DNA from: an uncultured Gammaproteobacteria bacterium | Lineage (GTDB): Bacteria; Patescibacteriota; Microgenomatia; UBA10105; UBA927 | NCBI GenBank assembly: GCA_964621305.1 | Contig: CAZUOM010000001.1 | Coordinates: 165,448-229,447, forward strand | Length of the DNA: 64,000 nt | Direction of reading: 5' to 3' | Shown here: positions 1 to 9,028 of the stretch, piece after piece | Layout of the letters: each line of letters opens with the position of its first letter | Position numbering within the stretch: position 1 is the first letter of the stretch | Translations under genes and position numbers: made by a program | The notes under the pieces: generated by a model | Told to the model about the DNA's origin: nothing | Database searches by the model: none | The model's input: the letters and a program-made list of their open reading frames with translations, nothing else

Positions 1-2
1 AG

Positions 3-89
3 CTTACGCCAGAAATTATTGTTCAACTCGAAGGAAAAAATCCAGTCAACTGGCTTCAACTTTCCAAAGCTAATCTTGAAACAAATTGA
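3..89 (+). CDS. 3' end of a gene starting before the window (unknown)
   Basis: Open frame LTPEIIVQLEGKNPVNWLQLSKANLETN ending in TGA at 87-89. Confidence 0.4.
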   Translation, partial: LTPEIIVQLEGKNPVNWLQLSKANLETN

Positions 90-138
90 GGTATTGACAG
101 ACAGCAAATAATTATTTACGCTGGTGGTGGGTGTTGGT

Positions 139-429
139 ATGGCGAGAAAAAAAATTTCTTCAACAGGATCATTTCGATCAAAAGATATTGCTTCTTGGAA
201 CTTTATTATTTTCCTGACGCTTGCATTTATTTTGCTTGTGGTAGTATTGACTGCTATGCGCGGAGTTTCACTTGATCTACGAAGTAAAGCCGGCCTTTCT
301 TGCCCTCAATTAAGTCTGCCCCGTGCCGAGGACTGTGCCGGCGGCTGGACGTACAAGCGCGACACCAAGGGCTGCCTTGCCTTCTTTTGCGAAGTGAAAG
401 CAACTCCTACAACAAAATCTTCAAAATAA
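139..429 (+). CDS. Small membrane-anchored/secreted Cys-containing hypothetical protein
   Basis: ATG at 139, basic N-terminus, TM helix FIIFLTLAFILLVVVL, then DLRSKA and four Cys. Confidence 0.7.
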   Translation: MARKKISSTGSFRSKDIASWNFIIFLTLAFILLVVVLTAMRGVSLDLRSKAGLSCPQLSLPRAEDCAGGWTYKRDTKGCLAFFCEVKATPTTKSSK

Positions 430-741
430 CTATTTCTCTGGCGCAGCCGGAGGGGGCTGAGGTACTGGTAGCGCTTCTGTTGGTTTTTCAGTAGGCACGT
501 CTGCAGCAGGTGTATCCTTGGAATCAGGAGTTGCTAATTCACTAAGTGCACCACGTGCCTTCCCACGAGCAAGAACAAATACGTCTGTTCCGTCTGTAAA
601 ATTCTTAGGGTGAATACCTTGAAAATATGGATGGAGGGGGTTTCTCCGCTGAATCTCTCTGGCCAGATCAACACTAATCTTCCTTACACGAAACTTAAAA
701 TCTCCATATAAAGTATTTAGATTAATATTAGATTTTTCCAT
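430..741 (-). CDS. Hypothetical protein with Pro-rich C-terminus
   Basis: 103 aa ORF downstream of the co-oriented 764..1774 gene. Confidence 0.6.
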   Translation of the reverse strand: MEKSNINLNTLYGDFKFRVRKISVDLAREIQRRNPLHPYFQGIHPKNFTDGTDVFVLARGKARGALSELATPDSKDTPAADVPTEKPTEALPVPQPPPAAPEK

Positions 742-763
742 AATGTTATTAATGTTGTTTTAA

Positions 764-1774
764 TTATACACTTGATTGGACAACTTGTCTGCGATTGCGA
801 AAAGCAACCAACGCCGAAACAAATAAAGCAATAGCGCCCGCAGTTGGGCCTAACCAACTCAGGTCTCCATCTGGTATTTGTACGGCCTTGCTCCCAGGAT
901 ACTCAACGGCGGCGGGATTTACTTTAGGCACTTCTTGTGGTTGGGTGCGTGGAGACTGACCATTTGGACCGTTGCAGGGCCCATGCAGCCTGTTATACAC
1001 TTCTTCTTGTGCTTCTTTTAGTTCTACGCCTGATATCTTTCTTGCGCTCTTTGCAATATGTATTTGTTCGTTCATTGGTTTCACCAGCGCTGTCCCAGGA
1101 GATGAGGCGTCTGGGTTGGATATAAATAGAAATTTTTTCACCTCGCCATTTCTCATAGTCACATTTCCTGTAAACTGGTAGGACCTAGCAGAAACCAATT
1201 TCTTTGTTTTTGGATCATAAAACGACCCAGAATACACATCCTCAATCTCCACCTTGAGCCCTGTCTTGGCATTTGACAATGATGATTGAGCCGGAAATTG
1301 ATTTGCAACCAGTGCAGTGACAATCTCGCGAATTAAAAGGTTTGCCAGTGGTGCGCAGTGATATGTCTTTTTATCATTCCTTGAACGAGCTAGAACATGA
1401 TTTGTGATTTCATTTAGCATTGTAGACGTCATTGTCTGGAGTGATTGGCTGGTAAGCATCATAATTTGTACATCACCTGAATTTTTTTGGAAATCGAAGG
1501 ATTGACCATACGCGAGTTTTTCTTCTGGTGTTAAATCTGCAAACTTAGCCACGCCTACCTCACCACGAATTGCCTGTTGAATGCGATCGGCAAGCGCACT
1601 ATCTGCCATGAGCTCACTTTCTGTTAGCTCTAGTGAGATGGTCGGGGTCGGTTGAGGTCCTTGAGCCTCAACTGATTTCGTCGATAATAAAGAAACACCA
1701 ACTAATCCACCGAAACCAGCTGCACCAAACTTAAGAACGTCACGACGGGATAGAATAGCTCTGTTTTCAAACAT
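764..1774 (-). CDS. Exported protein with twin-arginine-like signal and C-terminal membrane anchor
   Basis: SRRDVLKFG + hydrophobic stretch + VEA|Q; C-terminal TM followed by RNRR. Confidence 0.7.
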   Translation of the reverse strand: MFENRAILSRRDVLKFGAAGFGGLVGVSLLSTKSVEAQGPQPTPTISLELTESELMADSALADRIQQAIRGEVGVAKFADLTPEEKLAYGQSFDFQKNSGDVQIMMLTSQSLQTMTSTMLNEITNHVLARSRNDKKTYHCAPLANLLIREIVTALVANQFPAQSSLSNAKTGLKVEIEDVYSGSFYDPKTKKLVSARSYQFTGNVTMRNGEVKKFLFISNPDASSPGTALVKPMNEQIHIAKSARKISGVELKEAQEEVYNRLHGPCNGPNGQSPRTQPQEVPKVNPAAVEYPGSKAVQIPDGDLSWLGPTAGAIALFVSALVAFRNRRQVVQSSV

Positions 1775-1834
1775 GATAACGAGAGAATATCACAAAATAC
1801 GCTAATTGTCAACTACTATAAGATATAGTAGCTA

Positions 1835-2068
1835 CTAGAAGACGGCTTTGCGCAGGTCGAAGCGGACGCGCTTGATACACGAGGTGCAGGCACGCACGCG
1901 CTTGAGGACCCCGTCAAACGGCAGGCTCACCCAGTGAAGGTTGGGCTTAAATCTGCGGATGGTCGTCTGTGCCCGCTTTTTCCACTGCCCGCCGGCAACT
2001 CCAGTGTGATGGGTGTGAGAGCGACCCATGTGACTTTTTTTATTGCATATTTCGCATCTTGCAGCCAT
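1835..2068 (-). CDS. rpmB: 50S ribosomal protein L28
   Basis: MAARCEICNK...TIRRFKPNL...VRACTSCIK, typical L28 motifs. Confidence 0.95.
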   Translation of the reverse strand: MAARCEICNKKSHMGRSHTHHTGVAGGQWKKRAQTTIRRFKPNLHWVSLPFDGVLKRVRACTSCIKRVRFDLRKAVF

Positions 2069-2076
2069 AATAAAAA

Positions 2077-2166
2077 GAAGCTTAGCGTGCTTAGCAAGAC
2101 CAGTAGCTTAGAAGTTTCTAAGCCACCAATCTACTAAGCATCTAAGCTACTAAGCTTCTAAACTTC
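2077..2166. repeat. Inverted array of GCTTAG / CTAAGC short repeats with no ORF
   Basis: Three GCTTAG units followed by four CTAAGC units; same units flank the gene at 10421. Confidence 0.8.
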
Positions 2167-2194
2167 TCCTCAATCACGTATACTATACCACAGC

Positions 2195-2800
2195 ATGACT
2201 GATCTTGTCTATTGGTTCGGATCGCTCATAATAGCCATCACTATCCACGAATTTGCCCATGCGGTGGCGGCGGACCGGCTTGGAGACCCCACCCCCAGAC
2301 TCCAGGGGCGGATCACCCTTAACCCCCTCTCGCACCTGGACCCAGTGGGCACGATCATGCTCCTTCTGGTTCACTTCGGTTGGGGCAAACCCGTCCAGTT
2401 CGACCCGTTTAACCTGCGCCACCCCAGGCGGGACGCAGCCATCATCTCCCTTGCGGGGCCGGCGGCAAATTTAGTATTAGCGACGATCATCTCAATTCTT
2501 CTTCACTTTATAAACTTTATAAACATTACAAACTTTCTAACTACGCTGGTAGTTTTAAACGTCGTCCTTGCTGTTTTTAATCTCCTACCCCTTCATCCGC
2601 TCGACGGATTTAAAATCGTCGGCGGCATCTTACCGACAGAATATGCCAAAAGCTGGTACGAGCTGGAGCGCTACGGCATACTTTTTCTCCTGTTTCTCCT
2701 CTTCCCAATCTTTGGAAGTACTGCACCAATTACAAAAATCGTCACACCGGTTATCAGTCTCGTACTGGGTATCCTTCTACCCCGCGCACCAGTTATCTAA
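2195..2800 (+). CDS. Site-2 protease (peptidase M50)
   Basis: HEFAH, AGPAAN and FNLLPLHPLDG motifs with multiple TM helices. Confidence 0.95.
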   Translation: MTDLVYWFGSLIIAITIHEFAHAVAADRLGDPTPRLQGRITLNPLSHLDPVGTIMLLLVHFGWGKPVQFDPFNLRHPRRDAAIISLAGPAANLVLATIISILLHFINFINITNFLTTLVVLNVVLAVFNLLPLHPLDGFKIVGGILPTEYAKSWYELERYGILFLLFLLFPIFGSTAPITKIVTPVISLVLGILLPRAPVI

Positions 2801-2811
2801 ACAAATTGCCC

Positions 2812-2841
2812 TTGACATATGTACTCGCCTTGCTCTACGAT
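2812..2841 (+). promoter_or_regulatory. Sigma70-type promoter for the downstream structured RNA
   Basis: TTGACA (2812-2817), 18 nt spacer, TACGAT (2836-2841). Confidence 0.65.
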
Positions 2842-2848
2842 AGGAGTT

Positions 2849-3017
2849 GCCTGGTGTGGAGCTTTGAGGCGATTTTCCTCCACAAATTCAAAAACAATGA
2901 GGTAGTCTTGCTGAATTCCTCAGCGGGGCAACAGGACGATGTCTCCGAGCTCCTTGGAGTTTCGGAGCAGTCCCTCCGATATTTCTAGTCGGGGAAAATC
3001 TTCAAAGCCATCCAGGC
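2849..3017 (+). ncRNA. Candidate structured ncRNA (6S-like closing stem and bubble)
   Basis: 5' arm GCCTGG..GCTTTGAGG..GATTTTCCTC pairs with 3' arm GGGGAAAATC TTCAAAGC..CCAGGC; A-rich unpaired centre; two inner hairpins; starts 8 nt after a -10 box. Confidence 0.55.
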
Positions 3018-3114
3018 CATGAAATTATTCTTCGCCAAATCTACAGACTTTGTCGTTTTCCCATCTACCTATTATAATGTGACTAGGTGCTTGAGCGGGG
3101 TCCCGTAACATTAT

Positions 3115-3348
3115 GCCGCCTTGGCTCAGTGGTAGAGCGAGTGTTTTGTCCCAGCACTATCTTGCCCCGCCGAGCGGGGCGTAGAAGTGCGGGATCCCAT
3201 ACTTTTAAGCTGGCGTAGCTCAATGGCAGAGCAACTGTTTTGTAAACAGTAGGTTGGGAGTTCGATCCTCCCCGTCAGCTCAAAATAACCGCCAGCAAAA
3301 AGTACTGGGATAAACACTAGGTCGTCGGTCCGATCCCGACAGGCGGCT
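3115..3348 (+). tRNA. tRNA-Thr(TGT) interrupted in the anticodon by a 162 nt insert (halves 3115-3148 and 3311-3348)
   Basis: Joined halves give a cloverleaf: GCCGCCT/AGGCGGC acceptor, GCTC/GAGC D stem, AGTGT-TTTGTAA-ACACT anticodon arm, GTCGG-TCCGATC-CCGAC T arm. Confidence 0.8.
3209..3280 (+). tRNA. tRNA-Thr(TGT), intact, nested inside the insert of the outer tRNA
   Basis: GCTGGCG/CGTCAGC acceptor, ACTGT-TTTGTAA-ACAGT anticodon arm, GGGAG-TTCGATC-CTCCC T arm. Confidence 0.93.
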
Positions 3349-3641
3349 CAAAACGAAAGGCTTCTGAAGACGTTTTCCACTTCTATCATGGTTTTTTTGT
3401 TTCCCTTGTAAAACATCCGCGCACCGATCTGATACCTAGTGACAAATCCCACTTTTATGAGCTCTTTAAGGTGATGGGCAAGGAGGCTTTGCGAACATGG
3501 CATATGGATAGCAAGCTCTTTGAGCCTCATGTCACTTTGTGACAAAAGGTGCAAAATAGCAATCCGATGCGGGTGAGCTATGGCATGCAGGATGCCAGCC
3601 TCTTTGGCAGATCGCACAATTAGTTTCTTGCCGGCAAGCAT
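3348..3641 (-). CDS. ArsR/SmtB family winged-helix regulator
   Basis: AIAHPHRIAILHLL...SQSLLAHHLKEL...GFV pattern. Confidence 0.88.
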   Translation of the reverse strand: MLAGKKLIVRSAKEAGILHAIAHPHRIAILHLLSQSDMRLKELAIHMPCSQSLLAHHLKELIKVGFVTRYQIGARMFYKGNKKTMIEVENVFRSLSF

Positions 3642-3667
3642 AGGAACCTATTATAATTGATCCCAAT

Positions 3668-3752
3668 GCCGAGGTGGCAGAGCAGTCAAATGCACCAGTC
3701 TGTAAAACTGGTGGCCGAAAGGCCTACCTAGGTGCGAATCCTAGCCTCGGCA
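3668..3752 (+). tRNA. tRNA-Tyr(GTA)
   Basis: GCCGAGG/CCTCGGC acceptor, CCAGT-CTGTAAA-ACTGG anticodon arm, long variable arm GGCCGAAAGGCC. Confidence 0.95.
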
Positions 3753-3805
3753 CAGAGCACCTAAATACCCTCTTGCATCGAAGAGACAAGGTTGTCTATA
3801 CTTAG

Positions 3806-4321
3806 ATGATGGCAGATCAAGCTTCACAAGCAAGTGAGCAGGAAGAAAACATGGACGGATCGATGATGTATTATATCATCGGTGGACTCGTGGTTGTAGC
3901 GATAGCTGCGGGCGTATGGTTTCTGCGGCCGCAAGGCGGTACAGCCCTGACCGGTTTTGGCACTCCTCTTCTCCCCACTCCTACACCTGGTCCTATCACA
4001 GCCCTTTCCTGCGAAAAACAATATTACAACCCGGTCGTCGGTTTCACCGACTACTATATAGGTCTTGACGGAGTCGACGTTCCGGCAACCAAAAGTGTCA
4101 TCTGCGAATTTACGATATCTATGGGTGGTACAATCCTTTCCACCGAAAGCGCAAAGGCATCATTTGTCGCAGCACCTGAAAGGAATGGTCAAGTATTTAC
4201 GTGCCGGACTAAAAAACTTAGCCTCACACCAGAACTTAATACGGATGTAACCGTCAAAATCACCAATGACTTGGGACTTACAAACACGTGCTCAACGACA
4301 TACGTCCTCCCAAAGCCATAA
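3806..4321 (+). CDS. Membrane-anchored hypothetical protein (TM, PT linker, Cys-containing beta domain)
   Basis: 171 aa ORF, TM YYIIGGLVVVAIAAGVWFL; TATACT just upstream of ATG. Confidence 0.75.
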   Translation: MMADQASQASEQEENMDGSMMYYIIGGLVVVAIAAGVWFLRPQGGTALTGFGTPLLPTPTPGPITALSCEKQYYNPVVGFTDYYIGLDGVDVPATKSVICEFTISMGGTILSTESAKASFVAAPERNGQVFTCRTKKLSLTPELNTDVTVKITNDLGLTNTCSTTYVLPKP

Positions 4322-4368
4322 ACGCTAGCCCACCTCCTTCCAGTTAGCCATGATATAATTGGTTTTAT

Positions 4369-4440
4369 GCCGTCGTAGTTCAGTGGTAGAACGTCTTCTT
4401 GGTAAGAAGAAGGTCATGGGTCCAATTCCCATCGACGGCT
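4369..4440 (+). tRNA. tRNA-Thr(GGT)
   Basis: GCCGTCG/CGACGGC acceptor, TCTTC-TTGGTAA-GAAGA anticodon arm, ATGGG-TCCAATT-CCCAT T arm. Confidence 0.93.
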
Positions 4441-4442
4441 CC

Positions 4443-5315
4443 GTGAATCTAATATCTCTTTTTTCTACCGCTGTATTTGCCGCTGAAGTCGTTCTTTCAC
4501 CCGTACCCGATGAATTGGCCGGTTATATATATCCAGGCTTTCATCAGCCGAGTGTTAGCTTTGGTATGCTTGCCCAACCGACATTGCCTGAAGTTGTCGA
4601 AATCACCACCGAAACCATACCCTCACTAGCCCCTGTCGTATCTCCTAGAAAGGCGAGAAAAGATGCCTTCACTATAGCCGTCATCGGCGACTCAATGGTC
4701 GATACCCTTGGCCCGGACATAGGGGGACTGCCGAAAAAACTTCAACAAACATACCCGGGAGTATTTTTTGACGTACGAAACTACGGCGTGGGAGCCACCA
4801 ATATCGACTACGGCATCAGCCGCCTCACTAACGACTACGAATACTTGGGCGTCGGTAAACCTTCTGTAGTCAGCCAAAATCCGGATATCGTAGTTATCGA
4901 ATCATTCGGCTACAACCCCTACCCATTCGACGAAGGCGCCCTTGATAAACATTGGCTCGCGCTCTCACAAATGGTTGATATCATAAAAGCAAATCTCCCC
5001 GAGGCAAAAATAGTGATAGCCGCAACGATTGCTCCCAATTGGGACGTATTTGGTGACGGCGTTCTTGGTTGGGATTCTAGCGGCAAGAGGAGAAAAGTCG
5101 AAGAAATCAAGAGATACATCGAAAATACAGTCGGCTTTGCCAAAAGCCAGAATCTGCCACTGGCCGACGTCTATCACCCAAGCCTAGACGACACCGGCAA
5201 CGGGAAGCTCGCCTATATAAATCCCGGCGACCACATCCACTACTCAGATGCCGGACGGGAGCTATTTTCAAAAAAGGTATTTGAGGCACTCGAGAGACAC
5301 AAGCTACTAGAGTGA
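4443..5315 (+). CDS. SGNH/GDSL hydrolase family protein, likely exported
   Basis: VIGDSM block I, GVGAT block II, FGYN block III, DHIH block V; start moved to GTG 4443 after the tRNA. Confidence 0.85.
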   Translation: MNLISLFSTAVFAAEVVLSPVPDELAGYIYPGFHQPSVSFGMLAQPTLPEVVEITTETIPSLAPVVSPRKARKDAFTIAVIGDSMVDTLGPDIGGLPKKLQQTYPGVFFDVRNYGVGATNIDYGISRLTNDYEYLGVGKPSVVSQNPDIVVIESFGYNPYPFDEGALDKHWLALSQMVDIIKANLPEAKIVIAATIAPNWDVFGDGVLGWDSSGKRRKVEEIKRYIENTVGFAKSQNLPLADVYHPSLDDTGNGKLAYINPGDHIHYSDAGRELFSKKVFEALERHKLLE

Positions 5316-6368
5316 ACGGTCGTTTAACAATTTACTCGTACCCCTGGCATCACGAATAAAATCTGGCAAGTGTGCCTTACCGGTCACCGGACTTTTCGGG
5401 AGAAATGCTTCGTATCGATCCATCAAGGTTACTATTTGGTCCGGGCAACTCTGCATCATACGAAAAATTTCATCTTGGATCGCTTTATAAAAACTGTTTG
5501 CCTCCTGTAATCGAGTACGCAAATGATCAGGGACAGGAGCATTTCTTTTTTTCAAAGCCTCAATTTGTCCTTCCTCTTCATTGGTCAGCGAAACTGCGGC
5601 ATAAATCATAGAATATAAATCTAGCACGGCTATGTTTTCGTCTTCTCTCCTAATGGGAGACGCAGGATCAACATCGATAATATTAGCTATCGGTACGCCC
5701 GCTGATAAAGAATAGCGATTTTTTTTTCGCAATACCCGCTGCCCGAGGCTTGTGATGACGTTCCAATCAGTCTCTGGGTGAAGTAGCGAGATGCGCCGTT
5801 CATCCTCCATCTTATCTAAAAAATCAACGACCTGCCCAAATAGTACCTGTGCGGAGCTGAGTTCATCATAACTATTGGAATTTACACAAACATCGTTGAT
5901 CACATCGAGGGCTTGTTGGATCCTCGACTTGTTGGGGTTTGCTTTATGCAAGTAATATAGTCGGGCTCGCAAAACCTCTCCGTCATTAGTCCAGCGGTCC
6001 AACATATCTTTAAAATACTCCTCCACATCAGGATGTATGTTTTCCAACCCAGGTACTCTAACACTATCAGCATTTAGTTGACGATTTCTTTGACTGAACA
6101 GATATGGATTATTCTCAACTGCATACCGCGCAGAGTCCAGGATTGCTGGTAATGATCCAGATTCGACTACGTATCGGATTCTGACCTTGTCATTATTGGT
6201 CATCCCCACACCGCTTTGGCATCCCATAACAACCGGTACCAACACTCTAGTAGCTATAGCCTCAGTAGACAATTGATTGTTAGAAAGTAAAATCGCAAGA
6301 TCAGCAACCGACGGATCGACTGACTTAGGGTGAGAAATATCAATTGCACTATTATGTTCTTTTGCCAT
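5307..6368 (-). CDS. Hypothetical protein
   Basis: 353 aa ORF, no recognisable motif. Confidence 0.7.
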   Translation of the reverse strand: MAKEHNSAIDISHPKSVDPSVADLAILLSNNQLSTEAIATRVLVPVVMGCQSGVGMTNNDKVRIRYVVESGSLPAILDSARYAVENNPYLFSQRNRQLNADSVRVPGLENIHPDVEEYFKDMLDRWTNDGEVLRARLYYLHKANPNKSRIQQALDVINDVCVNSNSYDELSSAQVLFGQVVDFLDKMEDERRISLLHPETDWNVITSLGQRVLRKKNRYSLSAGVPIANIIDVDPASPIRREDENIAVLDLYSMIYAAVSLTNEEEGQIEALKKRNAPVPDHLRTRLQEANSFYKAIQDEIFRMMQSCPDQIVTLMDRYEAFLPKSPVTGKAHLPDFIRDARGTSKLLNDRSL

Positions 6369-6443
6369 AAAGCGTGAAATAACAGAACAAATACCGTATA
6401 CTTACACTTCTTGGCTCAATAATATATCTTAAAAAAAAGGCCT

Positions 6444-8498
6444 ATGTCAAATATAGAATCTCCTTCGCAACCATATGAGCTTGATGCCGTATCAGCTGTT
6501 TTTGACCGTTTTGTTGAGCAGCTCAATCTGTCTGATATTAAAACTCGGCCAGACCGACCGCAAGTACTCTCCCGCTGTTTTCGAATATTTTCCGACGCAC
6601 TCTCCCGAGGCATATCGCCCTTATCTATAAAGCTATCCACTAACGGCCTGATAATACCTACTATAGCAAAAAACAACGAAACGTGCCAGATACGCTACAG
6701 AGGGGATCCGCAGACAATATTACAGTGGGAACTTATTCCAGCCAAAAGAAATCCATCTACATCGGAAATATTTTTTTTTCAGCGTAGGATGGAGGAGGCA
6801 CAAGAGCCGATAAACGGTGAAAAGTGGTTTGCCCAGGTTCCAGACCTTATACAGGCAGCATTAGTCTTAGGTCAATCGATACAAATGGCCCAGGTCCAAA
6901 AATCAAATGAGTCACGTCGACGAATAGAACATGCATTGGCAACAGCTGGTTTTCTGGTTCGTCATGTGCCAGAAGTCAAGGAGCGCTTTGATATGTTTTC
7001 CAAAGATTTCCAAACATTTAAAAAGGATATTATCGGTTCCCAACTTGCTCTGTGCGAACGGCACCTCGATGATGCCTCATACGCACCAAGGCTTTTGGCC
7101 CTACAAAATGATGCCGAAGCACTAGTACGACTTCGCACACATCTATTTCGTAATGGAAAAAGAGCCATCGGCGACCATGATCGACCAAAATATGAGCATG
7201 CGCTGGCTATAGAATATATCATCAAACCAAAATCACTGGCGGACCCTAGCCATTTGATGTATCCAGAAACATCGATAGAAAAAATCATGACTGTCTACAA
7301 TTTTTTTATCTCGCTACGAAAACATATTGAGGACAGAGGCTACGCTTTCGGCCAGCTACGACATCAGCCTGATATTGAGGCACCCGTTGGCGCTGCATTT
7401 GAAGCTATCGGCATTCCCAGACACATCGGCCTTAGCTATTGCGGCAGCATCTGTGGGCAGCTCATCGACGACGTTCTTACTGATCCAAAGATTTTTCCAG
7501 ACCCCACTGCGACCATTGATAAAACACTACTTTCACAAAACGATTCGTTGCGTATCGATCTTAGTAGACAATTTTTACTCGAAAGAGCATCGCCGGCAAG
7601 TAAACCAGTAGTTGAGTCACACATGGCAAACGAGATGGCTATAAAGATAGAGTATCTGAATCTCGCACAGGCTAAACGTCTACCAAACACATCCCTTCTG
7701 GAAGCCGATCCGACCACCCGCAAGCAGATCTTTAGCCGGTTATTTGTTCAAGAAAATTCGGTTGAGGCAAAGAAGACATCGCTGCGGCTTGTTCGTTGGC
7801 TATCGCTTGTGTATAACTCACGAACACATTCTTTTACTCGCTCAGAAAAGACACAAAAAGAGTTGTCCCCAAGAGAAAAAGCCATCGCCCACGACTTTCT
7901 CTCTACGTGTATTAGCCTAACCAGATGGAAAAATACTTACGTCAAATCACTCTTTGACCAGCTCATTATAGAGTCGCAGCTGGCGGCATTCGTCGACGAA
8001 GTCTTTGGCAAAGGCACGCGCCGAGACCAGGCGGAAAGACAGTTTAAAAGTGAAATCATAAACGTCGTAACTGATGCAGAACTGGATGGCCTCATGACGG
8101 TCCACCGCAAGCTAAGCCCCAACCCAAAAAGTATAGAGGGTTACAATAAGATTGCCACCATGGCGGTGGCACTAGCGCTTTGGAATCTTTCAGATACGCT
8201 AGAGGCCGATCGCGAAACCATCATCGACACCCAGGCCATGGAAGGGGTTACGCTCTCTGCAGGCCAGATCGTATCTGCTCAACTGATAGCCCATGGCAGA
8301 AGTATGGAAAAAACTAAACAAAGCAATTTAGCAAGCGCAGTAGCAGATCTACTCTACCGGGGATCAATCGAAAAACGCATCCCTCCCATCGTCAAAGAGT
8401 TTGTTGGAGAAGCACTCAATAGCCTCTACCATCGCGACCGGTCAGCGTACGGTCAGCTTCATGAAAGTCTCGAAAAAACCATCAGGTCATTTTCGTAA
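6444..8498 (+). CDS. Large hypothetical protein, likely alpha-helical
   Basis: 684 aa ORF, no recognisable motif. Confidence 0.75.
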   Translation: MSNIESPSQPYELDAVSAVFDRFVEQLNLSDIKTRPDRPQVLSRCFRIFSDALSRGISPLSIKLSTNGLIIPTIAKNNETCQIRYRGDPQTILQWELIPAKRNPSTSEIFFFQRRMEEAQEPINGEKWFAQVPDLIQAALVLGQSIQMAQVQKSNESRRRIEHALATAGFLVRHVPEVKERFDMFSKDFQTFKKDIIGSQLALCERHLDDASYAPRLLALQNDAEALVRLRTHLFRNGKRAIGDHDRPKYEHALAIEYIIKPKSLADPSHLMYPETSIEKIMTVYNFFISLRKHIEDRGYAFGQLRHQPDIEAPVGAAFEAIGIPRHIGLSYCGSICGQLIDDVLTDPKIFPDPTATIDKTLLSQNDSLRIDLSRQFLLERASPASKPVVESHMANEMAIKIEYLNLAQAKRLPNTSLLEADPTTRKQIFSRLFVQENSVEAKKTSLRLVRWLSLVYNSRTHSFTRSEKTQKELSPREKAIAHDFLSTCISLTRWKNTYVKSLFDQLIIESQLAAFVDEVFGKGTRRDQAERQFKSEIINVVTDAELDGLMTVHRKLSPNPKSIEGYNKIATMAVALALWNLSDTLEADRETIIDTQAMEGVTLSAGQIVSAQLIAHGRSMEKTKQSNLASAVADLLYRGSIEKRIPPIVKEFVGEALNSLYHRDRSAYGQLHESLEKTIRSFS

Positions 8499-9022
8499 AC
8501 TTGTATCGAATACGATAGGAGAAATCAACAACAGGCACGGATGCCAGACGATTCAAGAGCTCGGCTCCGCGGTACGTAAGCGTTTTGAGAGCTTTGCTTT
8601 CAACTAAATTAAAAAGATCTGCCTGCAAGAGATGGCCAGTTGAAGAGCGAACATAGGGAACGTCTTCAAATTCGTAAAGGGCGACGTCGTCCAGATTCCT
8701 GTTGTCTTTCTCAAAGTATCGGAACCTAAGGTAGTGTTTAACGATGTTGGCCGGACAAAATGCCTCCATAACAGAACCACCACTGGGTACTTTTTTTCAA
8801 TAACCAAGAGGGTAAAAGAGTCTCACGGGAAAATTGAATCGACTCAACAAGCTCAAGGGGTAAATGCTCGATCTGAGCAACTTTTTTTATTTATTTTATT
8901 GCGTCTTTGTGAACGATATATACTCCATCAATACGGCGCACCGATGCAACAGGCGGGTCAACGTGTGATGGAGCAATATCCCAACTTCGTATATCCGACT
9001 CTTTGGTTTCCAACAAGGTCAT
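8482..9022 (-). pseudogene. Probable degraded hypothetical gene
   Basis: ATG at 9022 follows the upstream stop; in-frame TAA near 8892, then protein-like fragments in shifting frames ending with the 8482..8769 ORF. Confidence 0.4.
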
Positions 9023-9028
9023 AATGTA

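Noticed and set aside
3149-3310. Group I intron in the tRNA anticodon
   Set aside because: The insert does not end in G and has no room or motifs for a catalytic core once the nested tRNA and hairpins are accounted for.
2806-3317. Short ORFs 2806..2988 and 3126..3317
   Set aside because: They overlap the structured RNA and tRNAs and have no protein features.
4359-4442. N-terminal extension of the SGNH ORF
   Set aside because: Overlaps tRNA-Thr(GGT); GTG 4443 gives a sensible start.
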